This document shows positions 44,856 to 57,975 of a stretch of DNA of 64,000 nucleotides, piece by piece. Made by a program: the position numbers and the translations under genes. Below the pieces are notes generated by a model. The model saw nothing but the letters and a program-made list of their open reading frames with translations, was not told where the DNA came from and ran no database searches. How positions within the stretch are numbered: position 1 is the stretch's first letter; each line of letters opens with the position of its first letter. Source of the DNA: the human T2T-CHM13v2.0 reference genome, Homo sapiens; assembly GCF_009914755.1 (NCBI RefSeq), contig NC_060926.1. One strand, written 5' to 3'.

Positions 44856-45176
44856 ATATTTTCATTAAAACAATTTCTAAACACTGAAACCAATCAGTGT
44901 CTGCATAGTATCATGAATTTAAAGTGTTTGGAAGTTAAAAATGAAGACAGAATTTTAGTTTCAGGTCGTTAAAACCAATGATACTGAAGTTACCTCCTGG
45001 GGTGAATAAATAAACAACAGAACAAAATATTTGAAACTAATATTTTTAGGTACTGGGCAATAGATAGGTAAATAATATAATATCGGAGAATGTAAGCAAA
45101 TGATATGAGCCTTATGATTACCATCGCGTATCTCTGGGAATCACTTTCTGGCCATAGTGTATTTTAAGTAAGAAAC

Positions 45177-45745
45177 TGTCATGGGTCTGAGACTTTACCT
45201 TGCTTGGAAGCTAACAAGTTAGTTTGCCCTGAAACACACAAGCATACACCTCTGGATGAGCTAACAGACACTTTATTTACACACAGGGCATTCCGTGTTA
45301 GCTCCCCATTCTTGAATTCCATGTGAGATAACACAATGATAGCTAGCTATCACCTCAGGAGTTTGCACTACAGGAGAGATATTCTGAAATTATGAATCAT
45401 TGAGGTCATATAAGAGCTGTTGACACACCAGCCTATCCTCACTTTCAGAGATAGCAAAAAAGACCTTACTCTTAAATGTAAACAATTTATTCTGGAGAAG
45501 GAAGGGAAAGCCTTCAGCTTTTCTTCAACACCATGGAACATAAGAAAACATCACTGGGTTTTATTAGTCTATAAGAAATGATTTCAATGGAAAAAATAAT
45601 GTATTTAAATCTGAAGGATAATAAATGATTTCTAACTTCCAAGACGTATGTATCTTTAAGTCATCATATAATTCAGGTGCTTCTTTTCTCAGAAAGCCCT
45701 GACTATGCAGAAACATGAAATATTTATTAAGTGTTATCTCCTACA
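45177..45745 (-). mobile_element. Old ERVL-class solo LTR (MER74/MER54-like group)
   Basis: TG..CA ends. Motifs gcttggaagctaacaagttag, actttattt (antisense AATAAA) and tgcagaaacatga..tatctcctaca. Family assignment tentative. Confidence 0.5.
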
Positions 45746-45749
45746 CTGT

Positions 45750-48445
45750 AGATAGGGGAAATTCAAAAAGAACATAACAGTCTCATCAAATAGAGGAGAA
45801 AAATAATTTGAATTCAGGGAATGTGAAGCACCTTGAATTTGCAGAGCAGATGTCCATCGAAGTGGGAGCTACATGAATAAAAAGCTTAAATAATCTTCAT
45901 CTTGGTACTGATGAATACTAAGAAGTATGTGTATCAAGTAACACTCCATATAGTTGGGCAGGAATAATCAAGTTGTATGGTGAAGCTCATAAAGGGCTAT
46001 GAGACATTTGATTTCTGACCTGCTAGAGTAAAGAGTCCTTCTTAAAAATCTGAGGCATTCAGTAGAGGCTACAGAAGGGATAAACCATGTAGTAAGTCTA
46101 AAATAGCTGAGTATAAAGATTGCTCCAAACCCCTATTCTAAGAAACTTAAACAGGCTTCAAGAGGTAATCAAGGAAGGTATTATAACTTCTTTCTAGAAG
46201 ACGGAATAACATATTTTGAAAGATGATAACAAAAATAACCACAGAAGATAAAACTTGCAATGTCAAGCATCCAATCAAAATTACTAGACATAAAAACAAG
46301 CAATAACGTAAGAACCATAACCAGGATAAATATAAGCAAGTAGCAGTAGACACAGAAATTATAAGCATGACTGAATTATTAAACAGGGTCTTTAAAATAG
46401 CAATTATAATTACGTTCAGATATAAAGAAAAATATAGTAAACATAATAAGAGGAAAGGGAAACATAAAAAGTAATACCATGTAACACCTAGCATTAAAAA
46501 TGATAACCAGAAAATATGTTTATTGGATGCTACACAAGAGCAGAAGGAAAGGGCAATAAACTTAAAGACTGAATAAGATATAACATCAGAAGATCAGTAT
46601 ACTGAAAGATAGAGCAATAGAAGCTATTCAAACTGAAAAATAAAAAATGCTAGAAAAAATAACATATCATCAGTTTATGTGAGATAATATCAGTACATAT
46701 GGATTCGGAGTCTCAAAAAAGGATGTGTGAAAAATAATATAAGGACCGGCAATTTTCCATGTTTAATGATAATTATAAACTCAGAGATCCCAAATTATCA
46801 ATGTAAACAATTCATAATCAACATAAAGAAAAGCACAACATTGGATATTATAATGAAATTTCTGTAAACCATAGAAAACCAAAAAGCCTAAACTGAGCCG
46901 GAGGGTAAGATAATTATACTTTTAACAAAGTAAAGAAAAATTGCCTGATTCTTGTCTTGTCAAGTCAGAAATCAATGAAGAAACATTTAAAAAATAATTT
47001 TAGAAACTTTCAACACACAATTCTGTGCCAAGAGAAAATATCCTTTAAAATTGAAGGTGAAATGAACATACTTTCAGGTTAAAAATTATGTCACTAACAG
47101 GTCTAAACTATTTTAAAAGTTGAAGAATTTCTGTGGGCTGAAGGAAAATAAAAGATGCAATCTTGGATTAGCACAAAAAATGAAAAATGGTAGAAATGAA
47201 TGTTAAAATATATTTTTCAATTGGCCCAGATGTTTATGTTGAAAGTTTCTTTAATTTAAAGATTTCTCTTTTTTGGCTTCTGGGTTGGCAAGGCCAGAAG
47301 CATGCTATTATCATCAAGAAGGTTTTATATCAGAAATGCAAAATTAGTTCAACATTAGAAGAGTAATAAATGTAATTAAATCTTTTAAGAGAAAATTGAT
47401 GAAAAAATCACCTAACCATCTTTATAAAAGCAGAAAAATATCTGACCAAATGTGACAATTTAAGGTAAAGAATCTCAGCAAACTAGTAACAGAAGACAAC
47501 TTTCTCAATTGGATCAATAATATCTACAAACAAGTATAAATACTTTCACATGGTATAAATCATACTTAAGTGAGCAAGAGTGAAACCTACCATCATCCCA
47601 GAAAAAAATAACAGGAATAAACAAGAATGTCAACTCTCGCTACTTGTATTTAATATTTTGTTAGAGGTACTAGTACTAGTTAGTGTAATAAAGAAAGAAG
47701 AGAAAAAGCATATATTTTGTAAAGGAAGAAATACAGTAACTTTATTTCTAGAGGATATGATTGAGTACTTAGAAAATCCAAGAAAATACACAAGAATGCT
47801 TCTAGAAATAATAAATGCATTTGTAAAAATTGAGGGTATGACTTCAATACATTTAAGCCAATTATATCTCCATACACTTAAAACATTTATAAATTAAAAG
47901 AATAAGATCATTATCATACTTTCCAAAATTTCAAGTACATAGGAACAAATTTAAAAATGTGTACACAACTTGAAATATTTTAGAATAGAAATATAGATCA
48001 ATAGGAAATATTAGAGTCCAGAAATAGACCCATCTGTATATGGTTGACTGAATTTTTTAGTGAAGTACCAAGGCAATTCAATGTAGAAAGCATAGAGTTT
48101 TCAAAAAATTGTGCTGAAAAAACTGGATATTCATATGGAAATATCAAACTAAACCATAGGCTTTGCTTTAGACACACCAAAAATATGAATAATAGACTTA
48201 AACATTAAAATTAATAATAGACTTAAACATTAAAATTCAATCTATAAAAAATAAGAAAAGATGGGAGAAAATCTTCAGAGAGAAAAATTTCTTAGGAAGT
48301 AGAAAGCGCTAAACATAAAGAAATAGTGACATTTTATATGGTTTTGATTTTATAAAGATACTTTAGAACAATGAAAAAGCAAGTCATAGGCTGAGATAAT
48401 ATATTTGTAAAGCATATAAGAACTCCTGCAATGCAATAAAAGTGG
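45750..48445 (+). mobile_element. Highly decayed L1M (ORF1/ORF2 fragments)
   Basis: aaaatatcctttaaaattgaaggtgaaat; peptide KQECQLSLLVFNILLEVL..LFLEDMIEYLENP; gagtccagaaatagacccat. Confidence 0.65.
48188..48237. repeat. Perfect 25-bp tandem duplication
   Basis: aataatagacttaaacattaaaatt x2. Confidence 0.95.
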
Positions 48446-48713
48446 GCAATATTGAACACATGCTCTTCTTGTTTGCTTCACTTGAGGACCAAGCAACTGA
48501 AAAGTTACTCTTGGGAACATTGCAGGTTACCATTAGTAGGCTGGCGATGGCATGTTGAGGGAGCAACATGGATAATTTAACACTAGCATCCAAATGCTCA
48601 CTTGTATGTAAAATTTACATACATCACTTTTGCTCACAACTCATAAGCCAGAATTAGCAATGTAGCCACACCAAACCACCAATGATGTAGAAAAAAATAA
48701 AATCTTCTTATAG

Positions 48714-49097
<384 letters not shown>

Positions 49098-49434
49098 AAG
49101 CTGTTTCTTAATAAATTATTAAGTTACATAGCTCAATGAATTTTTAAGAATCCACTTTAGGATTAGCACTCATAATATGCTGTGACTTGGAAGATTTTGG
49201 AAGATGCCTTGAGTTACAGATATTGACCAGGTTCTAACTTGAACTGAGATTTATGGATGTCATCAATGTAGTTGGATTTATTGTATAAACAGTTACACTC
49301 TTCTGAAGTTCAGGATAAAACTCTCACTGGCTAAACTCAAGAAGTCATTTTTAAAGGCGTTATTAGAAGTTAGTTCCACACACATTTACATATCTGAACA
49401 GAAGTGGTAAATTCTCATTATCTGTCTTAAACCC

Positions 49435-49800
49435 CACCAAGTCTTTGCACTTGCTAATTTCTTATTTGGGGACATTTTTATCCACTCCTGCTGCCTGAGA
49501 ATCTTCTCCTCCCAGGTTTCATTTTAACATCGTTTCTCATATACTGTTTTCCTCTGCCTCAGTTAACTCTATTTGCTCCTTTCTCTGTGTTGTCAGAGCC
49601 TTTGTATATAACTGGGGCATAGCACATCTGCCATTAAATTAAAACTGTATCCATGCTGATATTCTTTGTCGATATTATAACAATTGCCCTAAATTCTTCA
49701 CAGTTGTACAAGATTCATGTGCATTTTATCTGTAGTTGTCCTACAACATCAAGCATGCTATTTGTTAAATAAATATTTGTTCTATAAATTAATTAGAAAT
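49435..49800 (+). mobile_element. L2 3' end, degenerate
   Basis: gtctttgcacttgct.. ; aataaatatttgtt..aaattaatt. Confidence 0.5.
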
Positions 49801-50465
49801 GACTGCAAAACAGAATGAAGACATACATCAGTTGAAAAATATTTTTCATTTTAGAAAAGTCACATGGCAAACAATCCCAATACTAATTCAAAGACACATC
49901 TCAATCATTTTTATAATATATTTAGCAGTTTGACTTTAAACAAAGCCAAACTTATTCTTACATGAAAGACATAAAATAACATTTAGAAACTCTATAGATT
50001 AACCATAATAAACATTTCCCTATTTCAGTGGAGGAAGGAAGCACAAATTAAAAAATTGAGAAAATGGAGACTGATCATTAAGAGGAAACAAAAAGTAAGG
50101 TTATTCTGCCAAAAATGCAGAATGATTCTGTTATCTACAAATCCCTGTAGGTGAGAGTGAACAGCAACTCTGCTATGCTAAATGTTTAGGTCAACTCAGA
50201 ACTTTTCCTGGAGAGTTTTGGAACTCTGGACTGAATATGAGAGGTGTATAATGAGTGACAGAACAGTGAGGGAAAGTGTTTCATGCTGTAGGCATATATA
50301 GCTCTCAAAGCCCCACAGAGATTTTTAAAGCATTCACAAATGATACAAATAGTAATCAGGAAGTCCTGCCAAATACATGGTTAATAATAAATACAAATTT
50401 CTTTGGGCCAAACAAGGATATCCTATGTCAAGACCAAGTTCTTCTAAGTTACTTGTGAAGGCAAA

Positions 50466-52124
50466 TTTTTTTTATTTTACTTTAAGTTCTAGGGTACATG
50501 TGCACAAAGTGCAGGTTTGTTACATATGTATGCATGTGACATGTTGGTGTGCTGCACCCATTAACTCGTCATTTACATTAGGTATATCTCCTAATGCTTT
50601 CTATTCCCCCTACCCCCACCCCACAACAGGCCCCACTGTGTGATGTTCCCCTTCCTGTGTCCAAGTATTCTCATTGTTCAGTTCCCACCTATGAGTGAGA
50701 ACATGCGGTGTTTGCTTTTTTGTCCTTGCGATAGTTTGCTGAGAATGATGGTTTCCAACTTCATCCATGTCCCTACAAAGGACATGAACTCATCCTTTTT
50801 TATGGCTGCATAGTATTCCATGGTGTATATGTGCCACATTTTCTTAATCCAGTCTATCATTGATGGACATTGGGGTTGGTTCCAAGTCTTTGCTATTGTG
50901 AATAGTGCCACAATAAACATATGTGTACATGTGTCTTTATAGCAGCATGATTTATAATTCTTTGGGTATATACCCAGTAGTGGGATGTCTGGGTCAAATG
51001 GTATTTCTAGTTCTAGATCCTTGAGGAATCGCCACACTGTCTTCCACAATGGTTGAACTAGTTTACAGTCCCACCAACAGTGTAAAAGTGTTTCTCCACA
51101 TCCTCTCCAGCACCTGTTGTTTCCTGACTTTTTAATGATCACCATTCTAACTGGTGTGAGATGGTATCTCATTGTGGTTTTGATTTGCATTTCTTGGATG
51201 GCCAGTGATGATAAGCATTTTTCCACGTGTCTGTTGGCTGCATAAATGTCTTCTTTTGAGAAGTGTCTGTTCATATCCTTTGCCCACTTTTTGATGGGGT
51301 TGTTTGTTTTTTTCTTGTAAATTTGTTTGAGTTCTTTGTAGATTCTGGATGTCAGCCCTTTGTCAGATGTGTAGATTGAAAAAATTTTCACCCATTTTGT
51401 AGGTTGCCTGTTCACTCTGATGGTAGTTTCTTTTGCTGTGCAGAAGCTCTTTAGTTTAATTAGATCCCATTTGTCAATTTTGGTTTTTGTTGCCATTGCT
51501 TTTGGTGTTTTGGACGTGAAGTCCTTGTCCATGCCTGTGTCCTGAATGGTATTGCCTAGGTTTTCTTCTAGGGTTTTTATGGTTTTAGGTCTAACATTTA
51601 AGTCTTTAATCCATCTTGAATTAATTTTTGTATAAGGTGTAAGGAAGGGATCCAGTTTCAGCTTTCTACATATGGCTAGCCAGTTTTCCCAGTACCATTT
51701 ATTAAATAGGGAATCCTTTCCCCATTGCTTGTTTTTGTCAGGTTTGTCAAAGATCAGATGGTTGTAGATGTGTGGTATTATTTTTGAGGGCTCTGTTCTG
51801 TTCCATTGGTCTAAATCTCTGTTTTGGTACCAGTACCATGCTGTTTTGATTACTGTAGCCTTGTAGTATAGGTTGAAGTCAGGTAGCGTGATGCCCCCAG
51901 CTTTGTTCTTTTGCTTAGGATTGTCTTGGCAATGCGGGCTCTTTTTTGGTTCCATATGAAATTTAAAGTAGTTTTTTCCAATTCTGTGAAGAAAGTCATT
52001 GGTAGCTTGATGGGGATGGCATTGAAGCTATAAATTACCTTGGGCAGTATGACCATTTTCACGATATCGATTATTCCTATCCATGAGCATGGAAAGTTCT
52101 TCCATTTGTTTGTGTCCTCTTTTT
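50466..52124 (-). mobile_element. 5'-truncated L1PA5-like, 1.66 kb, no clear TSD
   Basis: Antisense ORF2 C-terminal part plus 3'UTR and A8 tail. Confidence 0.95.
50678..51955 (-). pseudogene. L1 ORF2p C-terminal fragment (425-aa open frame, no EN/RT core)
   Basis: [52 protein letters not shown]. Frameshifted at its N-terminus. Confidence 0.9.
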
Positions 52125-52869
52125 GAAATGCCTCAAAGAGCAACCTTTTAAAAGTTATTTGCAGACAGAAAATGCAATATTTACCATAAATTATTCCTTT
52201 CTAGATGGTTACCTATCTTGCCAACAAAGTCTCATTCTTGTAACACTTAATTTTCTATGAAGTGAAAGAGATAATAAAGTACAATTTATATTTAATATGT
52301 CGCTTTTCTTGCAGTTATATATTTTCATAGATGTAGTTGGCAACATAATTAAGGATTTAAAATTTAAAATTTCCTCATAATGAAAAGTGCAGCAAAGATT
52401 AATTTTCCGCCTAAATGCTAAAATGTAGAAATATGTTTCTCTTTTGGGAAAAAGAGGAACATGAAAACTAGCACTTAATCTTTCTGCTGTATTTCATATT
52501 TAAGATATATTTTTCACCTGTATTATACCTTAGGAAATAGCTAAAAAATCCTTTAAAGTATCTACTCTTGAAATTTATTAATACCATATGATTTTTCTTT
52601 ACCTCTCTACATCTGTCAGAGGAAAAAAATTCTCTTTGTAAGCTAATGATTAATCTTGCCCAGGTGTTGGAAATTACCTAAATGCTTCTGTCTTTAATAT
52701 TCTATGTTTAAATAATGGTTTAGATCCCATTGTGCTCATCAGACAATTCTATGTCCCCAAATTAATAAAATAATTAATAATAGCATCTCTAACTATTATT
52801 TTACTATTGTAAGTGATGTGATAATTTTGTTCAATGAAAGTTCAAGTTATTTTTAAAAAGAACTAAATA

Positions 52870-53173
52870 GGCCAGGCGCAGTGGCTCACTCCTGTAATCC
52901 CAGCCCTTTGGGAGGCCAAGGCGGGTGGATCACAATGTCAGGAGATCGAGACCATGGTGAAACCCCGTCTCTACTAAAAATACAAAAAAACAAAAAAAAA
53001 ATTAGCTGGGCACGGTGGCGGACACTGTAGTCCCAGCTACTGTGGAGGCTGAGGCCGGAGAATGGCGTGAATGTGGGAGGCAGAGCTTGCAGTGAGCCGA
53101 GATCGTGCCACTGTACTCCAGTCTGGGTGACAGAGCGAGACTCTGTCTCCAATAAAAATAAAAAAATAAAATA
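52870..53173 (+). mobile_element. AluY with 12-bp left-arm deletion (AluYd-like)
   Basis: ggagatcgagaccatggtgaaacccc lacks 12 nt of the consensus. TSD aaaaagaactaaata at 52855-52869 and 53174-53188. Confidence 0.88.
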
Positions 53174-54945
53174 AAAAAGAACTAAATAAAATAGAAAATA
53201 ATTCTTCTGAACTTCGTTTACCAAATAGGTTGGACAGAATTCTTAAATAATTCACCAGTGCATCATTAACCTAGCTAACTAACCTTTGGAGATCTGGCCT
53301 CTGCCCAACAATGTATAGTGCCTTTAGCATTTTCATTTCACTGTGATATGCATCTTTGGAAATGCTCTTTCTTTTTAACATTAGGAGAAAAGAAAAAAGT
53401 TTGACACACCAAGTCCAGCAGCTGACCTCGATGTCTTGAAGCATGTGTCCCTCTCACCCTTAAGTTGTATCTTTGACTCTCATACCTACTCTTCGTTTTG
53501 CCATAAATTAGGCACATATGCTTCAATGACTAAATTAAGTGTAATGGGCTTGTAATGTTTGCTTTCAGTCTGAAATAAAAATCTGAGGAAAATACTGAGA
53601 GAAATGAGCATGGATACTCATTCATGAGTATCTGGAGCTGTATGTATACCTCTAGGTTAGTAGATAAAACTTTAAAAATAAAAGTTTATACTCAGAGAAA
53701 AAAATATCATGTTTTCAAGTCTCTCTTTACATCCTCCCAAGAATGGTGTGCAGTTGGGATGATGCAGTAGGCATTCCTCGTTACTTCCTAGTCCCCAAAG
53801 ATAAGAGGTGAGTAAACTTGCATGAGGTGTCCATTAAATTTTCTATTGTCCCCAAAGTGTTTGACATATTTCATGCCACTAACTAAACACTCAAAAACCT
53901 ATTAGGCATTAGAATTATTTTAAGCTTTCTATAAAAGGTAAAAAGCATGCTCTCTCTTCATGATGTGTTCAATAAAAATTGCTAAATATCTCTACTTGTT
54001 TTTAGGCCACTGAGAAATTGAGCTATAGCAGGCAGCTTTATGTAAAATTGGAACGTGTTAGGTAGTTACAGTACATTCAGTCAAAGAATCAATCTAAAGC
54101 TTGCTTGCTTTCTACTTGTTTTATTTAAGGTAAAAGTAGTATCAAGGAAACTAGCATTCCTATCCTGCTTCTTTAGTTGTAGTTTAAAACATTACTGAAA
54201 GCTCTGATCAGGGGCACACGGTCAGGCATTTGACAGATGCTTGCCTTTTCTAAGGTGAATAGCTTTTATTAAAACATACTGTGAATGGCATTTTACCCTT
54301 AAAGCATGACATTTTAGAGGTCAAAGTAGTACTTCTTCTGCTAAAAATAATATTAGAAAGTGACTCTTACCAAATAATAAACACCTGCCATTGTACATAT
54401 AGGAAAAGGAGGTGAAATACTTTTCATGTCAAAGATGCAATTCTCTATTTTCTGTTTTATGATCAAAACCACTAAGCACCTTACATGTCCAATAAATGGA
54501 ATAATACTTCATGGTCACGCTTCAGATTGCAAACCTTGTATCATCCTACTGCATATCATCCCAAGCAGTAGCTGTACACATCTTTAGTTTCCTTTCCCTA
54601 AAGGGACATTAGAAGATTTTTCATAATGAATTGCAGGCATATTTTGGAAGTATATTATCACTTAATAAAGATTTTAAAAATCACAAGCTTAGGCTAAGCA
54701 AAAGAAATACAAACACAATGCAAGAAAGAATTATAAAAGAAAAATAAAAGAGTTCATATCAGTGATTGAGCCTGAAAATATTATTCTTTTATAGTAAATT
54801 ATTTGGTATCATATAAGTAATAATAATTCACTTTAGGAATATCTTTCCATATAAAGGAAATATATCTCTACATATAAAAAGTAAGAATAATCATTCTAAA
54901 AAATCATTGTGTTTCCCACATGGAGGTTCACAAAAACCTTTATTT

Positions 54946-55000
54946 TCATATATATACATATATGAATATATATATACACATACACACACACACACATATA
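54946..55000. repeat. (TA)n/(CA)n compound microsatellite
   Basis: catatatatacatatatgaatatatatatacacatacacacacacacacatata. Confidence 0.85.
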
Positions 55001-55179
55001 AGCTTGCTTTGGTGACTTGTAGAGAGGGGGAAGGGGAGAAGAAAATATATGTGAAACAAGCATAAATATAGATTCTTTTACTTAGTAACAATTCACCCAC
55101 TAATAAGATAAAAGTCAGTATCAGTATCAACACACGCTACTCAGCAAACTTGCAAGTAGTCACGTACATTTTAGTGGTC

Positions 55180-55340
55180 ACATTCATTAATTAATTCCAG
55201 AAACATTTAACGAGCATTCGCTACATGTAGGTTACTCCCCTTGATGCTGCCAACATAAATAAGTAAATATTCATTCTTGACATCAAATGTTTATGTTCAA
55301 AATAGGAAAAACAGAGCATCAATCACTTATATAAAATATG
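55180..55340 (-). mobile_element. L2 3' end, degenerate
   Basis: cattcattaattaattc.agaaacatttaacgagcatt.gctacatgt. Confidence 0.55.
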
Positions 55341-57149
55341 TTAGAGTCAGAACATAAAAGTGCACATGGATGACAAACAGAAAATGGAAAGAGATTCACT
55401 ATCCCTTCACTACATAGAAGAAGAGAGGAGAATCTCATTAAGTACTAGTCCAGTATGGAGGCAATGAAGGAGTTGAGATTTTAAAGACTACATTTGCTAG
55501 ACAAAGAATCTGATAATGTCCACCTAGGTGGAGATAAATATTATCCAGAGATAGAGAGGTAAAACTTATTACTCTATTGCTGGTATATAGAGTGCAAAGC
55601 AATAAATGGTAAATGATTAATCTCACGTGAGCCAGAGAGAGGTCAGAACAAGGCAGAATAGAAAGCTCCACCAATGGTTCCCAATCCCTGCAAGGACACC
55701 AAACTAACAACTATCTACACACACACATAAAAAAATTTCATAAGACCTAAAAAGCAGGTGAGCACTCATAATACCTGGTTTTAACTTCACAGCACTGCAA
55801 GAGGAAATTAAGATTGAAAAAAACAGTCTTGAATCATCAATGCCACACCCTTCCCCACCCCACAGCAGAGGCATGGTACAGGGAGCATCTTTGGGTGCTG
55901 GGAGAGAGAGAACACAGCAATTGTGAGGCAACCAACACAGTGCTTTCCTGTTAGAAAGAAAGGAAGATCAGACCAAACTCAGCTAAGTGCCTGCACATGG
56001 AGGGAGCATTTAAACAAGCTCTAGCCAGGAATCGCTGACCTCAGCAGTCAGAACCTGAGTGTCTGCAAACCTCACCACAGAGGGCTACAACACTGTGTGT
56101 CTCCAAGTAAACTTGAAAGGCAGTTTAGACAATAAGGACTGCAACTCTTAGGAGAGTCCTAGGGCTGAATTAGGCCTAGAGACAGTAGAGTATGAGTAGG
56201 GCACACAACTTACTGAGATACTAGCTCAGGCAGCCAAGGGAGTGTGGCATCACCCTTTTCCTAACCCCAGGATGCATAACTCAGGGCTTCAAAAGAGATT
56301 GTTCCTTCCCCTTAAGGGGAGGAGAAGGAAGAGTGAAGAGGACTTTGCCTTGCATCTAGGATACCAGCTCAGCCATAGCAGATTAGGGCAGTAGTCAGAG
56401 TCATGAGGTCCTGACTCCCACACAACATTTCTAGGCACACCTTGGACCAGAAGGGAACCTGATGCCTTGAAGGAAAGGACCCAGTCCTAGCAGCATTCAT
56501 CACCTGCTAACTGAAAAGCCCCTGTGCCCCGAATAACCAGCAGCGATATCCAGGTACTACATTGAGAACCTTGGGTGAGCCTGTGAGATTTATTGGCTTT
56601 AGATGAGATTCAGCACATAACCAGCTGTGGAGGCTATGGGGCAAAAGTCCTCTGCTTGAGAAAAGCATCGGGAAAAGAAAAGGGGACTTTGTCTTGCACC
56701 TCAGGTACCAGCATGGACATGAGGGGTAGAGCAGCATATCTCTACAAGTCTGCAAAAACCACAGTGTTACTGGGCTTGGGGTGCTTACTAAAGTAGGAAG
56801 AGCTTAAATCACAACACTCAAGTCCTTTTAAGTATCTAGAAAGCTTTCTCAAGAAAGACAGCTATGAATATGCCTAGGCAGTGAAGACTACAATAAATAT
56901 ATAACCTTTCAATGTCCACACGCTGAGGAACATCTACTAGCATCAACACCATCCAAAAAAATGATCTTACCAAATGAACTAAATAAAGCACCAGGGACCA
57001 ATCCAGGAGAAAAAGAAATATGTCCTCTTTCAGATAATTCAAAATAGCTGCGTTGAGAAAACTCAAAGAAATTCAAGATAACACAGGAAAGAAATTTAGA
57101 ATTCTATCAGATAAATTTAATAAAGAGACTGAAATAATGAAAAAGAATT

Positions 57150-57453
57150 GGCCAGGCACAGTGGCTCATGCTTTTGTAATCCCAGCACTTTGGGAGATTG
57201 AGGCGGGTGGACTACTGTGCCCAGGGGTTTGAGACCAGCCAGGACAACATGGCAAAACCCTGTCTCTACAAAAATACACACACACAAAAAATTAGCTGAG
57301 TGCAGTTGTGTGCACTTGTACTCCCAGCTACTGGGAAGCTGAGGCAGGAGGATTGCTTGAGCTGGAGAGTTAGAGGTTGCAGTGAGTTGAGATCACACCA
57401 CTGCACTCCAGTTCAGGTGACAGAGTGAAACTGTCTAAAAAAAAAAGAAAAAA
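57150..57453 (+). mobile_element. AluJ-like
   Basis: gcccaggggtttgagaccagcc.ggacaacatggcaaaaccc; ggaggattgcttgagc. Confidence 0.88.
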
Positions 57454-57677
57454 GTAAAACAAGCGGAAATTCTGGAGCTGAAAAATGCAACTGGCATACT
57501 GAAATATGCATCAGAGTTGTTTAATAGCAGAATTGACAAGCAGAAGAAATAGTGAGTTTGAAGACAGGTTATTTGAAAATACACAGTCAGAAAAGACAAG
57601 AAAAATAATAATTAAAAAATGAAGCATGCCTACAGGATCTAGAAAATAGCCTCAGAAGGGCAAATCTAAGGTTTACT

Positions 57678-57975
57678 GGGCAGGGTGCGATGGCTCACAC
57701 TTGTAATACCAACACTTTGGGAGGCTGAGACAAGCAGATCACTTGAGATCAGGAGTTCGAGACCAGTCTGGCCAAGAGGGTGAAACCCCATCTCTACTAA
57801 AAATACAAAAATTAGCCAAGTGTGGTGCGGGCGCCTGTAATCCCAGATTCTCAGGAGCCTGAGGCAGGAGAATCACTTGAATCCAGGAGGTGGAAGTTGC
57901 ATTGAGTCGAGATCACACCACTGCACTCTAGTCTGGGTAACAGAGCGAGACTCTAAAGAAACCCCCAAAAAATGA
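57678..57975 (+). mobile_element. AluSz/Sx
   Basis: Full dimer. Degenerate TSD aaggtttactgg/aagtgttattgg. Confidence 0.88.

Noticed and set aside
50678-51955. 425-aa ORF as a functional or domesticated gene
   Set aside because: It is an ordinary L1 ORF2 C-terminus in a young truncated copy, with a frameshifted start, no promoter and a small in-frame deletion.
53200-54900. Repeat-free stretch as a possible conserved enhancer (also 9400-11200 and 17200-18600)
   Set aside because: Cannot be supported without conservation or chromatin data, and no distinctive motif cluster is visible.
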